In this document: piece by piece, positions 54,360 through 63,121 of the stretch | Position numbering within the stretch: position 1 is the first letter of the stretch | Layout of the letters: each line of letters opens with the position of its first letter | Source of the DNA: a virus | Lineage: Duplodnaviria; Heunggongvirae; Uroviricota; Caudoviricetes | Length of the DNA: 64,000 nucleotides | Reading direction: 5' to 3' (one strand) | Virus record (IMG/VR): IMGVR_UViG_3300025769_000070 | The notes under the pieces: generated by a model | Told to the model about the DNA's origin: nothing | Database searches by the model: none | The model's input: only the letters and a program-made list of their open reading frames with translations | Position numbers and translations under genes: made by a program

Positions 54360-55793
54360 ATCGCAGTTACACTTGCAGTTAAACTTGCAGTTACGCTCAC
54401 AGTCAAACTATCAGTTACGCTCGCAGTTAAACTCGCAGTTACACTTGCAGTTAAACTTGCAGTTACGCTCACAGTCAAACTATCAGTTACGCTCGCAGTT
54501 AAACTCGCAGTTATACTCGCAGTTAAACTCGCAGTTATACTCGCAGCTAAACTCGCAGTTATACTGGCAGTTATACTCGCAGTTACGCTCACAGTTGGAG
54601 AAAGATAGTGAATAGATCCCAGTTACACTCGCAGTTAATCTCGAAGTTAGGCTCGCAGTTATCCGGGGTGTTATACTCGCAGTTATACTCGCAGTTACGC
54701 TCGCGGTTACACTCGAAGTTAATCTCGCAGTTAGGCTCGCAGTTATACTGGCAGTTAGACTCGCGGTTGGAGAGAGATAGTGAATAGATCGCAGTTACAC
54801 TTGCAGTTAAACTTGCAGTTACGCTCACAGTCAAACTATCAGTTACGCTCGCAGTTAAACTCGCAGTTACACTTGCAGTTACACTTGGAGTTACACTGGC
54901 AGTTAGACTCGCAGTTATACTCGCAGTTATACTTGCAGTCAAACTTACAGTTACGCTTGCAGTTAGACTCGCAGTTACGCTCACAGTTGGAGAGATAGTG
55001 AATAACTTACAGTTAGACTCACAGTTACGCTCGCAGTTAAACTCGCAGTTACACTTGCAGTTACACTTGGAGTTACACTGGCAGTTAGACTCGCAGTTAT
55101 ACTCGCAGTTATACTTGCAGTCAAACTTACAGTTACGCTTGCAGTTAGACTATCAGTTACACTCCCAGTTAGAGAAAGATAGTGAATCCCAGTTGGAGAG
55201 AGATAGTGAATAGCTCGCAGTTATCCGGGGTGTTATACTCGCAGTTATACTCGCAGTTACACTCGGACTTACGATCACAGTTACAATTTCGGTTAGACTC
55301 GCAGTTATACTGGCAGTCATACTCACAGTTAGAATCGCAGTTATACTCACAGTTGGAGAGAGATAGTGAATAGATCGCAGTTAATCTCGCAGTTACTCTC
55401 GCAGTTATACTGGCAGTTATGCTCGCAGTTAGGCTCGCAGTTATACTGGCAGTTAGACTCGCAGTTACGCTCGCAGTTACGCTCACAGTTAGGCTCGCAG
55501 TTATACTGGCAGTTAGTCTTGCAGTCAAGCTCGCAGTTAGACTCGCAGTTACGCTCACAGTTGGAGAGATAGTGAATAACTTACAGTTAGACTCGCAGTT
55601 ATACTCGCATTTAAGCTCGCAGTTACACTCGCAGTTACACTCGCAGTTAAACTCACAGTTACGCTCGCAGTTAGACTCTCAGTTATACTTTCAGTTATAC
55701 TCGCAGTTATACTCACATTTAGACTCTCCGTTATACTGGCAGTCATTATCGCAGTTATACTGGCAGTTGGAGAGAGATAGTGAAGTGTATTAC
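54121..55793. repeat. array A: ~125 tandem 12-bp units (consensus ACTCGCAGTTAN) in 8 blocks separated by 25-bp punctuation GTTGGAGAGAGATAGTGAATAGATC
   Basis: Read directly. Punctuation copies sit at 54341, 54594, 54766, 54986 (short variant ...GAGATAGTGAATAACTTAC), 55168/55192 (tandem), 55352, 55562 (short variant) and 55766. Higher-order 72-bp and roughly 200-bp duplications. The variable positions within the 12-mer are 1, 4, 5, 10 and 12. Confidence 0.9.
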
Positions 55794-55910
55794 TGGCAAT
55801 ATCCCGATCAGCCGTAAAAATGGAAATTACCACTTGACGCCACCTCAGAGCTTGGTATGATGTGACCTGTTGAGAGCCAACAAAGCTATAACAAGTAGAG
55901 AGTAGATAAA

Positions 55911-56105
55911 ATGATACACAATGCATATAAAAGTGCATTCCTGGAAATAATTAGAAGATACAATATGGTGTATAAAGACACGATGAATGCTGAAGACATA
56001 TATAATGTCAAAAGATTAATTTCTTCAGGTATCGGTTTTTGGGAATCTGGAGAAAAAGGCCGAAAATACTATCTTTTTCCTTGCACGCCGCCGATAACCA
56101 AGTAA
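55911..56105 (+). CDS. hypothetical small protein
   Basis: 64-aa ORF. Confidence 0.4.
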   Translation: MIHNAYKSAFLEIIRRYNMVYKDTMNAEDIYNVKRLISSGIGFWESGEKGRKYYLFPCTPPITK

Positions 56106-56121
56106 AATGGGAGCATAAGAC

Positions 56122-56445
56122 ATGACATGCGAAATCAAATCTAAACCCGAATGTGAAGTAAAATCTTCAAAAAAGTCTGGTAAAGAGGTAAGGCTCTATA
56201 CTGATGAAGCTTTACTAAGACTGACGGGAACTGTCAAAAATCACCTGAAAACTGATGTGATCAATCTTTTTGACAATCGTTACCGTATTAATGTCTGGAC
56301 TGAAGAACGAAGATCAGACAGACTTATCAGTCACTTTCAGATACCAAAAAGTTTTTTCGCTTCTCTTGAAGATGGGGAATTTATTGACAGAACTATTCAA
56401 CCAAAACCAAAACCTGTTGGGAAAATTAATCTGTTCTCTGAATAA
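56122..56445 (+). CDS. hypothetical protein
   Basis: 107-aa ORF with a GGGAGCATAAGAC SD. Confidence 0.45.
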   Translation: MTCEIKSKPECEVKSSKKSGKEVRLYTDEALLRLTGTVKNHLKTDVINLFDNRYRINVWTEERRSDRLISHFQIPKSFFASLEDGEFIDRTIQPKPKPVGKINLFSE

Positions 56446-56493
56446 CCAAACATTGACGTTTAACTACTTTTATTTACTTTTGAACTGAGGATT

Positions 56494-57330
56494 TTGAATA
56501 TGGCTAAAGCTAAAAAGCAATCTTTTACCCCAGAAGAAGAAGCTCTTATTCCGGAATTCTTCGAAAAGTATCTTAAACAACAGACGGAACAAGCGTCTCT
56601 TGAAGATATTACGAAGGCTGTGAATACAATCTGGGCGGACATGGGGCAACCGCCGCCAGAAATTAAGGTGATGGACTCTCCTATCGCCTGTAAGAAAGAT
56701 TGCCCAAATCTTAAAGATTTTGCTTCTCCTTATTGGAGTATTTGGTTTAACTCATACGCAGCAATGTATGATTTTGCCAACACTATTGGTCTTGAAATGG
56801 ACCAAGAGAAACTTGAGAAATTTCTTTTATGGACTCGTTGCTGCCCCTTTATCCTTTTCAAGGATGATTTTGTTTACGTAAGTCGTAAACCTATCAAACT
56901 TGGATTCAATGATGCGGGACAGCTTCATTGTGACGATGGACCGGCTTGTCTCTATGCGGATGGATGGTCAATCTGGTCTCTGAACGGTGTAGCCGTTACA
57001 GAGCAAATCGTAATGAGACCAGAAACTTTGACTCTCGAACAGATAAAGAACGAAGAAAACGAAGAAGTTAAGCGTTTGATGATCGAGCGTTATGGTTTCG
57101 AACTATACCTTGCACAAGTTAATGCGGAATTGATTGATCGTCGAACAAACGATATTGAAGGAACTAGAGAGCTTCTGTATAAAGCAGACGGTATGCAGTT
57201 CCTACTGTGCATCTGTCCAAGCACTGCTAAAGAATTCTGCCTGGAAGTAGAAAACGGAATTAAAACATGTGCAGAGGCACAAAAATATCTGTCTAGTGGA
57301 TTATCAGACAGAATCATTAGTGCTTCTTAA
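56494..57330 (+). CDS. hypothetical protein (Cys-rich central region)
   Basis: 278-aa ORF with a GAGGATTTTGAAT SD. Confidence 0.5.
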   Translation: MNMAKAKKQSFTPEEEALIPEFFEKYLKQQTEQASLEDITKAVNTIWADMGQPPPEIKVMDSPIACKKDCPNLKDFASPYWSIWFNSYAAMYDFANTIGLEMDQEKLEKFLLWTRCCPFILFKDDFVYVSRKPIKLGFNDAGQLHCDDGPACLYADGWSIWSLNGVAVTEQIVMRPETLTLEQIKNEENEEVKRLMIERYGFELYLAQVNAELIDRRTNDIEGTRELLYKADGMQFLLCICPSTAKEFCLEVENGIKTCAEAQKYLSSGLSDRIISAS

Positions 57331-57369
57331 ATACGGAAATTCAAAAAAGCCAATTCGACAAAAATAAAC

Positions 57370-57397
57370 TTGACTCCGGCCTCAGACCGGATATAAT
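57370..57397 (+). promoter_or_regulatory. sigma70-type promoter (TTGACT-16-TATAAT)
   Basis: Precedes the GAGGAG SD of the gene at 57433. Confidence 0.5.
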
Positions 57398-57432
57398 CTG
57401 ACTGTAACGTTACTACTTTTTCTTTTGAGGAG

Positions 57433-57855
57433 ATGAAGATGGCTGTTGAAAGTTTTCAAGAAAATCTGGCTGAACTGCGTTCTTCTGTAGAAGGGCTGAA
57501 CGCCGCAAAAACCGAGCGAATTAGTGCTCCTTCATTGGGAGATGTCGTTCGCCAGGGAGACATCTACTTGGTATGCCTTAATGCTCTACCATCAGGCAAG
57601 CCGACAAAGGACACTCAGCTTGCCCCTGGCAACACTCAGGGTAGCCGACATATCCTTGTCGGAGACGCTACAATCGTTAAGGAAGTTACCTTCCGAGACA
57701 TTAATAGCGTACTCACTGGACCTGCTTTTAAGTGCAACAGTGACGTTGAAGTCACGCACCCAGAGCATGGAAACCGGATTCTGCCGGAAGGCACTATCTG
57801 GCAAGTTGTTTATCAACTTTCCCACAGTGAAGAAGTTAAGCGTGTGCAAGACTAG
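57433..57855 (+). CDS. hypothetical protein
   Basis: 140-aa ORF with a strong GAGGAG SD. Confidence 0.5.
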   Translation: MKMAVESFQENLAELRSSVEGLNAAKTERISAPSLGDVVRQGDIYLVCLNALPSGKPTKDTQLAPGNTQGSRHILVGDATIVKEVTFRDINSVLTGPAFKCNSDVEVTHPEHGNRILPEGTIWQVVYQLSHSEEVKRVQD

Positions 57856-57924
57856 ACTTAGTTAAAAGGGTCTTACAAGGGGTTGGAGTCACATCCAGCC
57901 CCTTATTTTTTGGATAAATGAATT

Positions 57925-58155
57925 ATGAAAATTAAAAAATTGGATAATAAACTGATTCTTAGAGATTATAAAGAAAAATTGTATTATGTCTTGAACTCTT
58001 TGGATAGTCAGTTGTATAAAGATGTTAATACCAGTTTTTTTTATTTTCCTTATCTTACAAAATATTATAATTCAGAACAGGTGTCACTAAATAGAATAGC
58101 CCATGATATGAACGATATGGTGCGTGATCAGTTCTGGAGTGATTGTAATGAATAA
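57925..58155 (+). CDS. hypothetical protein
   Basis: 76-aa ORF; its stop overlaps the start of the array B lead ORF. Confidence 0.4.
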   Translation: MKIKKLDNKLILRDYKEKLYYVLNSLDSQLYKDVNTSFFYFPYLTKYYNSEQVSLNRIAHDMNDMVRDQFWSDCNE

Positions 58156-58315
58156 TTTCCAGTTCAACCATCATTTATATTCGGATTTAGACTCGCAATT
58201 GTCATTGCAGTTATACCCTCATTTACAACACAAGTTATACTGGATGTTACGTTCTCAAATACGTTCGCAGTTACACTCGCAGTTAGAATCGCAGTTGGAG
58301 AAAGATAGTGAATAG
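58124..58315 (+). CDS. lead mini-ORF of array B (MNNFQFNHH + tetrapeptide repeats ...QLEKDSE), coding status uncertain
   Basis: ATG start overlapping the upstream stop. N-terminus similar to the array A lead ORF (M-x-N-F-x-F). Confidence 0.3.
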   Translation: MISSGVIVMNNFQFNHHLYSDLDSQLSLQLYPHLQHKLYWMLRSQIRSQLHSQLESQLEKDSE

Positions 58316-58545
58316 ATCGCAGTTACACTTGCAGTTATACTCGCAGTTAAACGATCATTTTTACTCGCAGTTACGCTCGCAGTTAAACTCGCAGTTATAC
58401 TTACAGTTACACTCGCAGTTACACTCGCAGTTATACTGGCGGTTACACTCCCAGTTGGAGAGAGATAGTGAATAGCTCGCAGTTACACTTGCAATTATTC
58501 TCGCAGTTAAGCTCGCGGTTATACTGGCAGTTGAACTCTCAGTGC
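58175..58545. repeat. array B: second copy of the 12-bp repeat/punctuation architecture (~30 units, 2 punctuation motifs, degenerate 5' block)
   Basis: Punctuation at 58294 (GTTGGAGAAAGATAGTGAATAGATC) and 58454 (GTTGGAGAGAGATAGTGAATAGCTC). The 12-mers are ACTCGCAGTTAN. Confidence 0.85.
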
Positions 58546-58667
58546 TTATTCCCTTTATACAAGGAGTTATTATCACAATTATCCACTCAGACTCAAACAT
58601 ACTCAGATTTGAATGAATGGAATGATAAATATTAATAAAAGGGTGTATAATTATCAGGAGGTGTATT

Positions 58668-58925
58668 ATGCACGAAATGCCAAAAGTAACCAACTCGACA
58701 CTAGACTCTACTCTAGCAACATTACGGCATGAAGAAGAATATAGTAGAAAAACTATACATGATTTAAAAGAGAATAATCCTGTCCTCTATTCTTTACTAG
58801 AAATAATTGTTAGCTCTGATAAAGACCCCGAATATATCAAAGGATTTTTATTAGGAGCTACTCAATTTTATACATTAATATCACGTCAAATTGTTTCCGA
58901 TGAATTTGAAAGGACTTGGGGATGA
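58668..58925 (+). CDS. hypothetical protein
   Basis: 85-aa ORF with a CAGGAGGTG SD. Confidence 0.5.
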   Translation: MHEMPKVTNSTLDSTLATLRHEEEYSRKTIHDLKENNPVLYSLLEIIVSSDKDPEYIKGFLLGATQFYTLISRQIVSDEFERTWG

Positions 58926-59101
58926 AAAAAACATCAATATTTAGTTTTTATAATGCTATAGATCTTCCTACTGAACAGAAGTGGGCGGTGTATTCCCTAC
59001 TCCGTAATAATATTGCAGGAGAACCTTTTAAAGGAATAGAGGATAGACTTGATATTCAACTAGAATCTATTTTACAAAGAAAATATAGAGATGTTAATTG
59101 A
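58916..59101 (+). CDS. hypothetical small protein
   Basis: 61-aa ORF overlapping the upstream gene by 10 nt. Confidence 0.4.
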   Translation: MGMKKTSIFSFYNAIDLPTEQKWAVYSLLRNNIAGEPFKGIEDRLDIQLESILQRKYRDVN

Positions 59102-60219
59102 GCGGGGTTAACACTAACCTGACTAATCAGGTGATTACAGGATCAGGAACTGTAGGTTCCAGCTCTGCATTGCTGGAGTTAAACACTACTGCAACAACTT
59201 CTTCTTCAGCCCAATTGACCTCTTCACGATTCCTGAAATACCGTCCCGGACAAGGAGCGTTAGGCAGGTTCACAGCTTTGTTTACGACAGGTGCTGCAAA
59301 TTCTAAACAGTACGCAGGTCTAGGCACTCCGTCTTTGGATAACGGATTCTTCTTTGGTTATGACGGTGCTACTTTTGGAATCTGCCATATCAATGATAGC
59401 AGTGAAGTCTGGGTTGCTCAATCATCCTGGAATGTAGATGTGTGTGACGGAACAGCGGGGTCTACTAACAAGAGTGGGTTCGACCTAGACCCTACCCAAG
59501 GAAACATCTACCAAATCAAATACCAATATCTTGGATTTGGCAACATTAAGTTCTATGTTGAGAACTCAGATGACGGAGAATTTATTCTTGTTCACGTTAT
59601 TAAGTATGCCAACTCAAATACAGCCACTAGTCTTTCTCAGCCATCTCTCAACCTGCTGTGGAACGTCACAAACACTACAAACAATACTGACATTGCTATC
59701 AAAGCAGGCTCAGGTGCTTTGTTCGTTGAGGGAATCAAAAAAAGACTAGGATCAAAATACAGTAGAGACAACTCAAAAGGGGCGATCACTACTGAGACTA
59801 ATATCATCTCTATCCGAAACGCTACAACATACAACGGAATAACAAATGCTGCTCCTATTGTGATAAATACTTTGTCAATAGCGTCTAACAAAAGCGGTTC
59901 CATTGCTGGGACGGCGATTGTCCGACTAAAAAAAGGCGTATCGCTTGGTGGCAGTCCCTCATTTGCAGCAAATGATGGATCGACCGCAGACAATGGAGTG
60001 ACTATTACAAGTGGACAATCAACCGTATCATACGATACGGCAGGTACGACTATTACTGGAGGCACGCAGATTTATGCAGCCTGTATCGTAGTTGGCGGTA
60101 ACGATGTGATTCCATTAGAAGGGATAGAAATAGAACCTGGCGAGACACTAACCATATCAGCACAATCAGATGATTCGTCAACGGTTCAGGTTGCGGTCGA
60201 TTGGGTGGAGGAAGTCTAA
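59098..60219 (+). CDS. beta-rich structural-like protein (G/S/T/N-rich); Met-free ORF with TTG start overlapping upstream stop (TTGA)
   Basis: 373 codons with no internal ATG. The frame opens at TTG 59098, overlapping the TGA of the upstream ORF. Composition resembles a fibre or capsid-accessory protein. Confidence 0.45.
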   Translation: MSGVNTNLTNQVITGSGTVGSSSALLELNTTATTSSSAQLTSSRFLKYRPGQGALGRFTALFTTGAANSKQYAGLGTPSLDNGFFFGYDGATFGICHINDSSEVWVAQSSWNVDVCDGTAGSTNKSGFDLDPTQGNIYQIKYQYLGFGNIKFYVENSDDGEFILVHVIKYANSNTATSLSQPSLNLLWNVTNTTNNTDIAIKAGSGALFVEGIKKRLGSKYSRDNSKGAITTETNIISIRNATTYNGITNAAPIVINTLSIASNKSGSIAGTAIVRLKKGVSLGGSPSFAANDGSTADNGVTITSGQSTVSYDTAGTTITGGTQIYAACIVVGGNDVIPLEGIEIEPGETLTISAQSDDSSTVQVAVDWVEEV

Positions 60220-60386
60220 TGTGGCCGTCATTACTGAATATTCTGGGCAAATTACCTCCTGCATCAGGTAACTCGTTTACGTCATTATCGGCTATGGGGA
60301 CTCCTGGTCGATTTCAGTCATTCTCTCCAAAAGGACAGACAGCAGAATTTCTTTCAATTAATTATTTTCTTAATTTAAGATTTGAA

Positions 60387-60872
60387 TTAGACCCTATCTT
60401 TATCAAGCTCTTTAAGAAGCGATGAACTATACTTCTTTTCCATAGGTAAAAAGACCATTTTTATCCCCAGCTTATTGCAAACTTCTTCTTCTTGTTTGTT
60501 ATAAGTCTGGGGATTTCTATCGCCACTATTAAAAAATAGGAATCTGTCTTTATTTAAAAAAGAAAATATTCCCCCAGTCCTTTCTTCTTTTATCCGCTTT
60601 ACCAAAGAATATAATGTCTTAGATACACTAGAATCTTGATCAAAAGATATAAAAGCTTCATCAACAACTTTTAAAGCCTGTACAATCCGGTGTCTATGTT
60701 CTTCGTCCATAAATACTTTTGAACCTTTAATATCTACCTGATGATCATTATTTACAATGACAATCAAATAATCACATTGAGACTTAGCTCCTTCTAAATA
60801 GTCAAGATGACCAGCATGAAGAGGGTTTGCGTACAAACTAGCTATACCATATCTATATTTCATATTATCCAA
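60387..60872 (-). CDS. HIGH-motif nucleotidyltransferase (cytidylyl/adenylyltransferase-like, sugar-phosphate activating)
   Basis: IASLYANPLHAGHLDYL matches the (T/H)xGH nucleotidyltransferase signature. Confidence 0.55.
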   Translation of the reverse strand: MDNMKYRYGIASLYANPLHAGHLDYLEGAKSQCDYLIVIVNNDHQVDIKGSKVFMDEEHRHRIVQALKVVDEAFISFDQDSSVSKTLYSLVKRIKEERTGGIFSFLNKDRFLFFNSGDRNPQTYNKQEEEVCNKLGIKMVFLPMEKKYSSSLLKELDKDRV

Positions 60873-61143
60873 TTCAAAATTATATTAAGTGTAATGAATA
60901 GATTAGTTATAATAGCTTGCAATACAAGAAAAGTTCGTATAAAAGCTATATTATCACTTTCCTTTGTAGAAATCCCAGATTTTTCCCCTATGGCTTTACA
61001 CCATAATCTCCATAGACTCATTGCATCCCCTGAATTATAGGTAAAGGATCACAATCATACAACCCAGAACAAGTAAAAGAATTCAATAGCTGGTAAAAGA
61101 ACAAGGCCAATTTAGCAAGTAGTCGCTAAACGGCCCATAATAT

Positions 61144-61494
61144 TCACTGCATTTTGTGAATACCGGAATCTCTTTCAATAGAATACGCTATGGCAGTAAT
61201 TGTCCCATCAGGTTTTGTGTCGTTCACAAGGACTCTCGGACCCGATGTCAGCCCCATGACAAGCTGATCGTAAAAGATTCCGACACTGTGTAACTGCCTC
61301 TCTGTGAGTGATCTCAGCCCCTCTGGGCGAGCGGTGGTGATGACGATGTAGTGTCCATCAGCCCGCCACTTTAACAAAGTCTCCTGTGTACCTTGTATTG
61401 GTCTTGGTTCCCCCATCATCATGCCATACAGATCATTTCCGTGATGAAGAAGTGTACCGTCAATATCTAAGAAGTATGTATTATTTGAACTCAT
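61144..61494 (-). CDS. HAD-superfamily phosphatase (GmhB/KdsC-like size)
   Basis: FLDIDGTLL motif I and IVITTARPE motif II. 116 aa. Confidence 0.65.
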   Translation of the reverse strand: MSSNNTYFLDIDGTLLHHGNDLYGMMMGEPRPIQGTQETLLKWRADGHYIVITTARPEGLRSLTERQLHSVGIFYDQLVMGLTSGPRVLVNDTKPDGTITAIAYSIERDSGIHKMQ

Positions 61495-61637
61495 TATATT
61501 CTATACTTTCTATAATGAAGAGTGCTTGTTCTATTAAGAAAATTTTATCTTCAAAAGGAGACGGGTCTTCTACTATATCAAAATAGTCTTCAATAAAAGT
61601 AAGAAGAAGTTTCTCTATTTTATTTCTTTTAATAGCA

Positions 61638-62609
61638 TTATACATATTGATTAATTATTCTAGATCCATATGGATCGACGCTAAAGTCAATAAAGTTTTT
61701 CCTGTATTTTTGTTTAAAATCGTTCTTATTTTTAGAACTATCAATTAATCCAAATATAAACCCGCTACCACCGCTACCAATTAACTTGCCCCCAATCATC
61801 CCCTCATCTTGCAGACGGTTATACATCTGGTCAATTTCATAATTACTTACAATGTTTGATATCTTTTTCTTTTCCAGCCAAGAGTTATGTAATAAACGAG
61901 CAATACAATCAATGTCAGAGTTTAAAAAATAATCATATGCTTTGTGTGCAAACTCTTTAATGCGATGCTTGGATTCAATATTATCAGAATTTTTGTGAGA
62001 CTCAGCAATATTAAATGATTTTCTTGACCTGCCCGTATAAATAAGAATTGCCCTATTAAAGAATTCCCTCTGAAACTCTTCACTAATGGGCATTGGTTTA
62101 ACTTTAAAATCATTATCTGCAATATGTATAGAGTTAAATCCTCCGTAACTAGCCCATATTTGGTCTTGTATCCCCCCAGCCTCACCTAATAGGTCTCGCT
62201 CTATATAAATAGCCTCTTTAGCAAGCCTCTTATTACTTATAGAATCTCCAGAAAGTCTATAAAATGAATTTAGTAGACCAACTATAAAAGATGAAGAAGA
62301 CCCAATGCCTGTTTGCGAGGGAAGATCTGATAGGTGAACAATCTCTACTCCTTCACGCACATTAAGGAAGTCTAAGACCCCACGAACACCATTATGTTTT
62401 ATTTCTTCGTTATTATCAACTATCTCTGTCTTAGCATAACAAATCTTAGTTTTATAATCAAGAATTCCTGGAGTCATTCTAACATTAGTATAACAATACT
62501 TGTCTATAGTAAAACCTATAAGCAATGACCCATATCGATTGTAGTAATTTTCATAATCAGTAGAACCACCAAACATAGAGATTCTAAACGGTGTTTGAGA
62601 TATAATCAT
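61638..62609 (-). CDS. GHMP-family sugar kinase (heptose-7-P/galacto-kinase-like)
   Basis: LPSQTGIGSSSSFIVGLLNSF matches the GHMP PxxSGLGSSAA motif. The C-terminal GGKLIGSGGSGF motif is also present. Confidence 0.75.
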   Translation of the reverse strand: MIISQTPFRISMFGGSTDYENYYNRYGSLLIGFTIDKYCYTNVRMTPGILDYKTKICYAKTEIVDNNEEIKHNGVRGVLDFLNVREGVEIVHLSDLPSQTGIGSSSSFIVGLLNSFYRLSGDSISNKRLAKEAIYIERDLLGEAGGIQDQIWASYGGFNSIHIADNDFKVKPMPISEEFQREFFNRAILIYTGRSRKSFNIAESHKNSDNIESKHRIKEFAHKAYDYFLNSDIDCIARLLHNSWLEKKKISNIVSNYEIDQMYNRLQDEGMIGGKLIGSGGSGFIFGLIDSSKNKNDFKQKYRKNFIDFSVDPYGSRIINQYV

Positions 62610-63120
62610 CTAGTTGTTTTCTAAAAACCGATTTTCCTCGACCAATATTAGCTTTCCAATCACTTGAGGATTCTTTATTCACATAATCTGTAACAAATTT
62701 ATAACATACAAATTTAATGTTATACTTCTTACACACAGAAGCAATAGCGAATGCTTCCATGTCTACTAAATCAGGTTCTAGATGACCATCACCCTTCACT
62801 CGTTTAAAAGAATACTCATCTAAGAACCTATCTCCTGTCGAACAGATACATCCTGTTTCGTCTGTTGTAATTATGTTCGGACTAAATTCACCGACAAGAT
62901 CTCTGTCTTGAAATATCCCGCACTTATACAAACCAGACATGGATGGTTTTAAAGCACCGCAAGTTCCGAAATTGATAATAACTTCTGGATCATAATTATC
63001 TATAACTTCCATTGCTGCTATTGCAGCATTTACTTTGCCAACACCGCTATAGTATATCCTATTTTTATATTTTGGATAATCAAATTCTTCTTCTAAGGCG
63101 GTTACTATCCTGAATTCCAT
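62584..63120 (-). CDS. MTA/SAH-nucleosidase-like (PNP/UDP phosphorylase family) protein
   Basis: GVGKVNAAIAAMEVIDNYDPEVIINFGTCGAL and DMEAFAIASVC match MTAN signature regions. Likely start MEFRIV. Confidence 0.6.
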   Translation of the reverse strand: MEFRIVTALEEEFDYPKYKNRIYYSGVGKVNAAIAAMEVIDNYDPEVIINFGTCGALKPSMSGLYKCGIFQDRDLVGEFSPNIITTDETGCICSTGDRFLDEYSFKRVKGDGHLEPDLVDMEAFAIASVCKKYNIKFVCYKFVTDYVNKESSSDWKANIGRGKSVFRKQLDDYISNTV

Positions 63121-63121
63121 T

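Noticed and set aside
54096-55800. CRISPR array interpretation of the repeat locus (25-bp punctuation as the repeat, blocks as spacers)
   Set aside because: The 'spacers' are 136–229 bp, variable in length and internally repetitive, made of a 12-mer shared across all blocks. No leader or cas genes are present. The architecture does not fit CRISPR.
54068-55938. Minus-strand ORFs through the repeat arrays (54068-54592, 54589-54984, 55169-55558, 55555-55938, 58361-58693)
   Set aside because: They start at GTG (the ORF track translates alternative starts as M), lack SDs, and are on the strand opposite to all neighbouring genes. They are kept only as an alternative reading in the mini-ORF finding.
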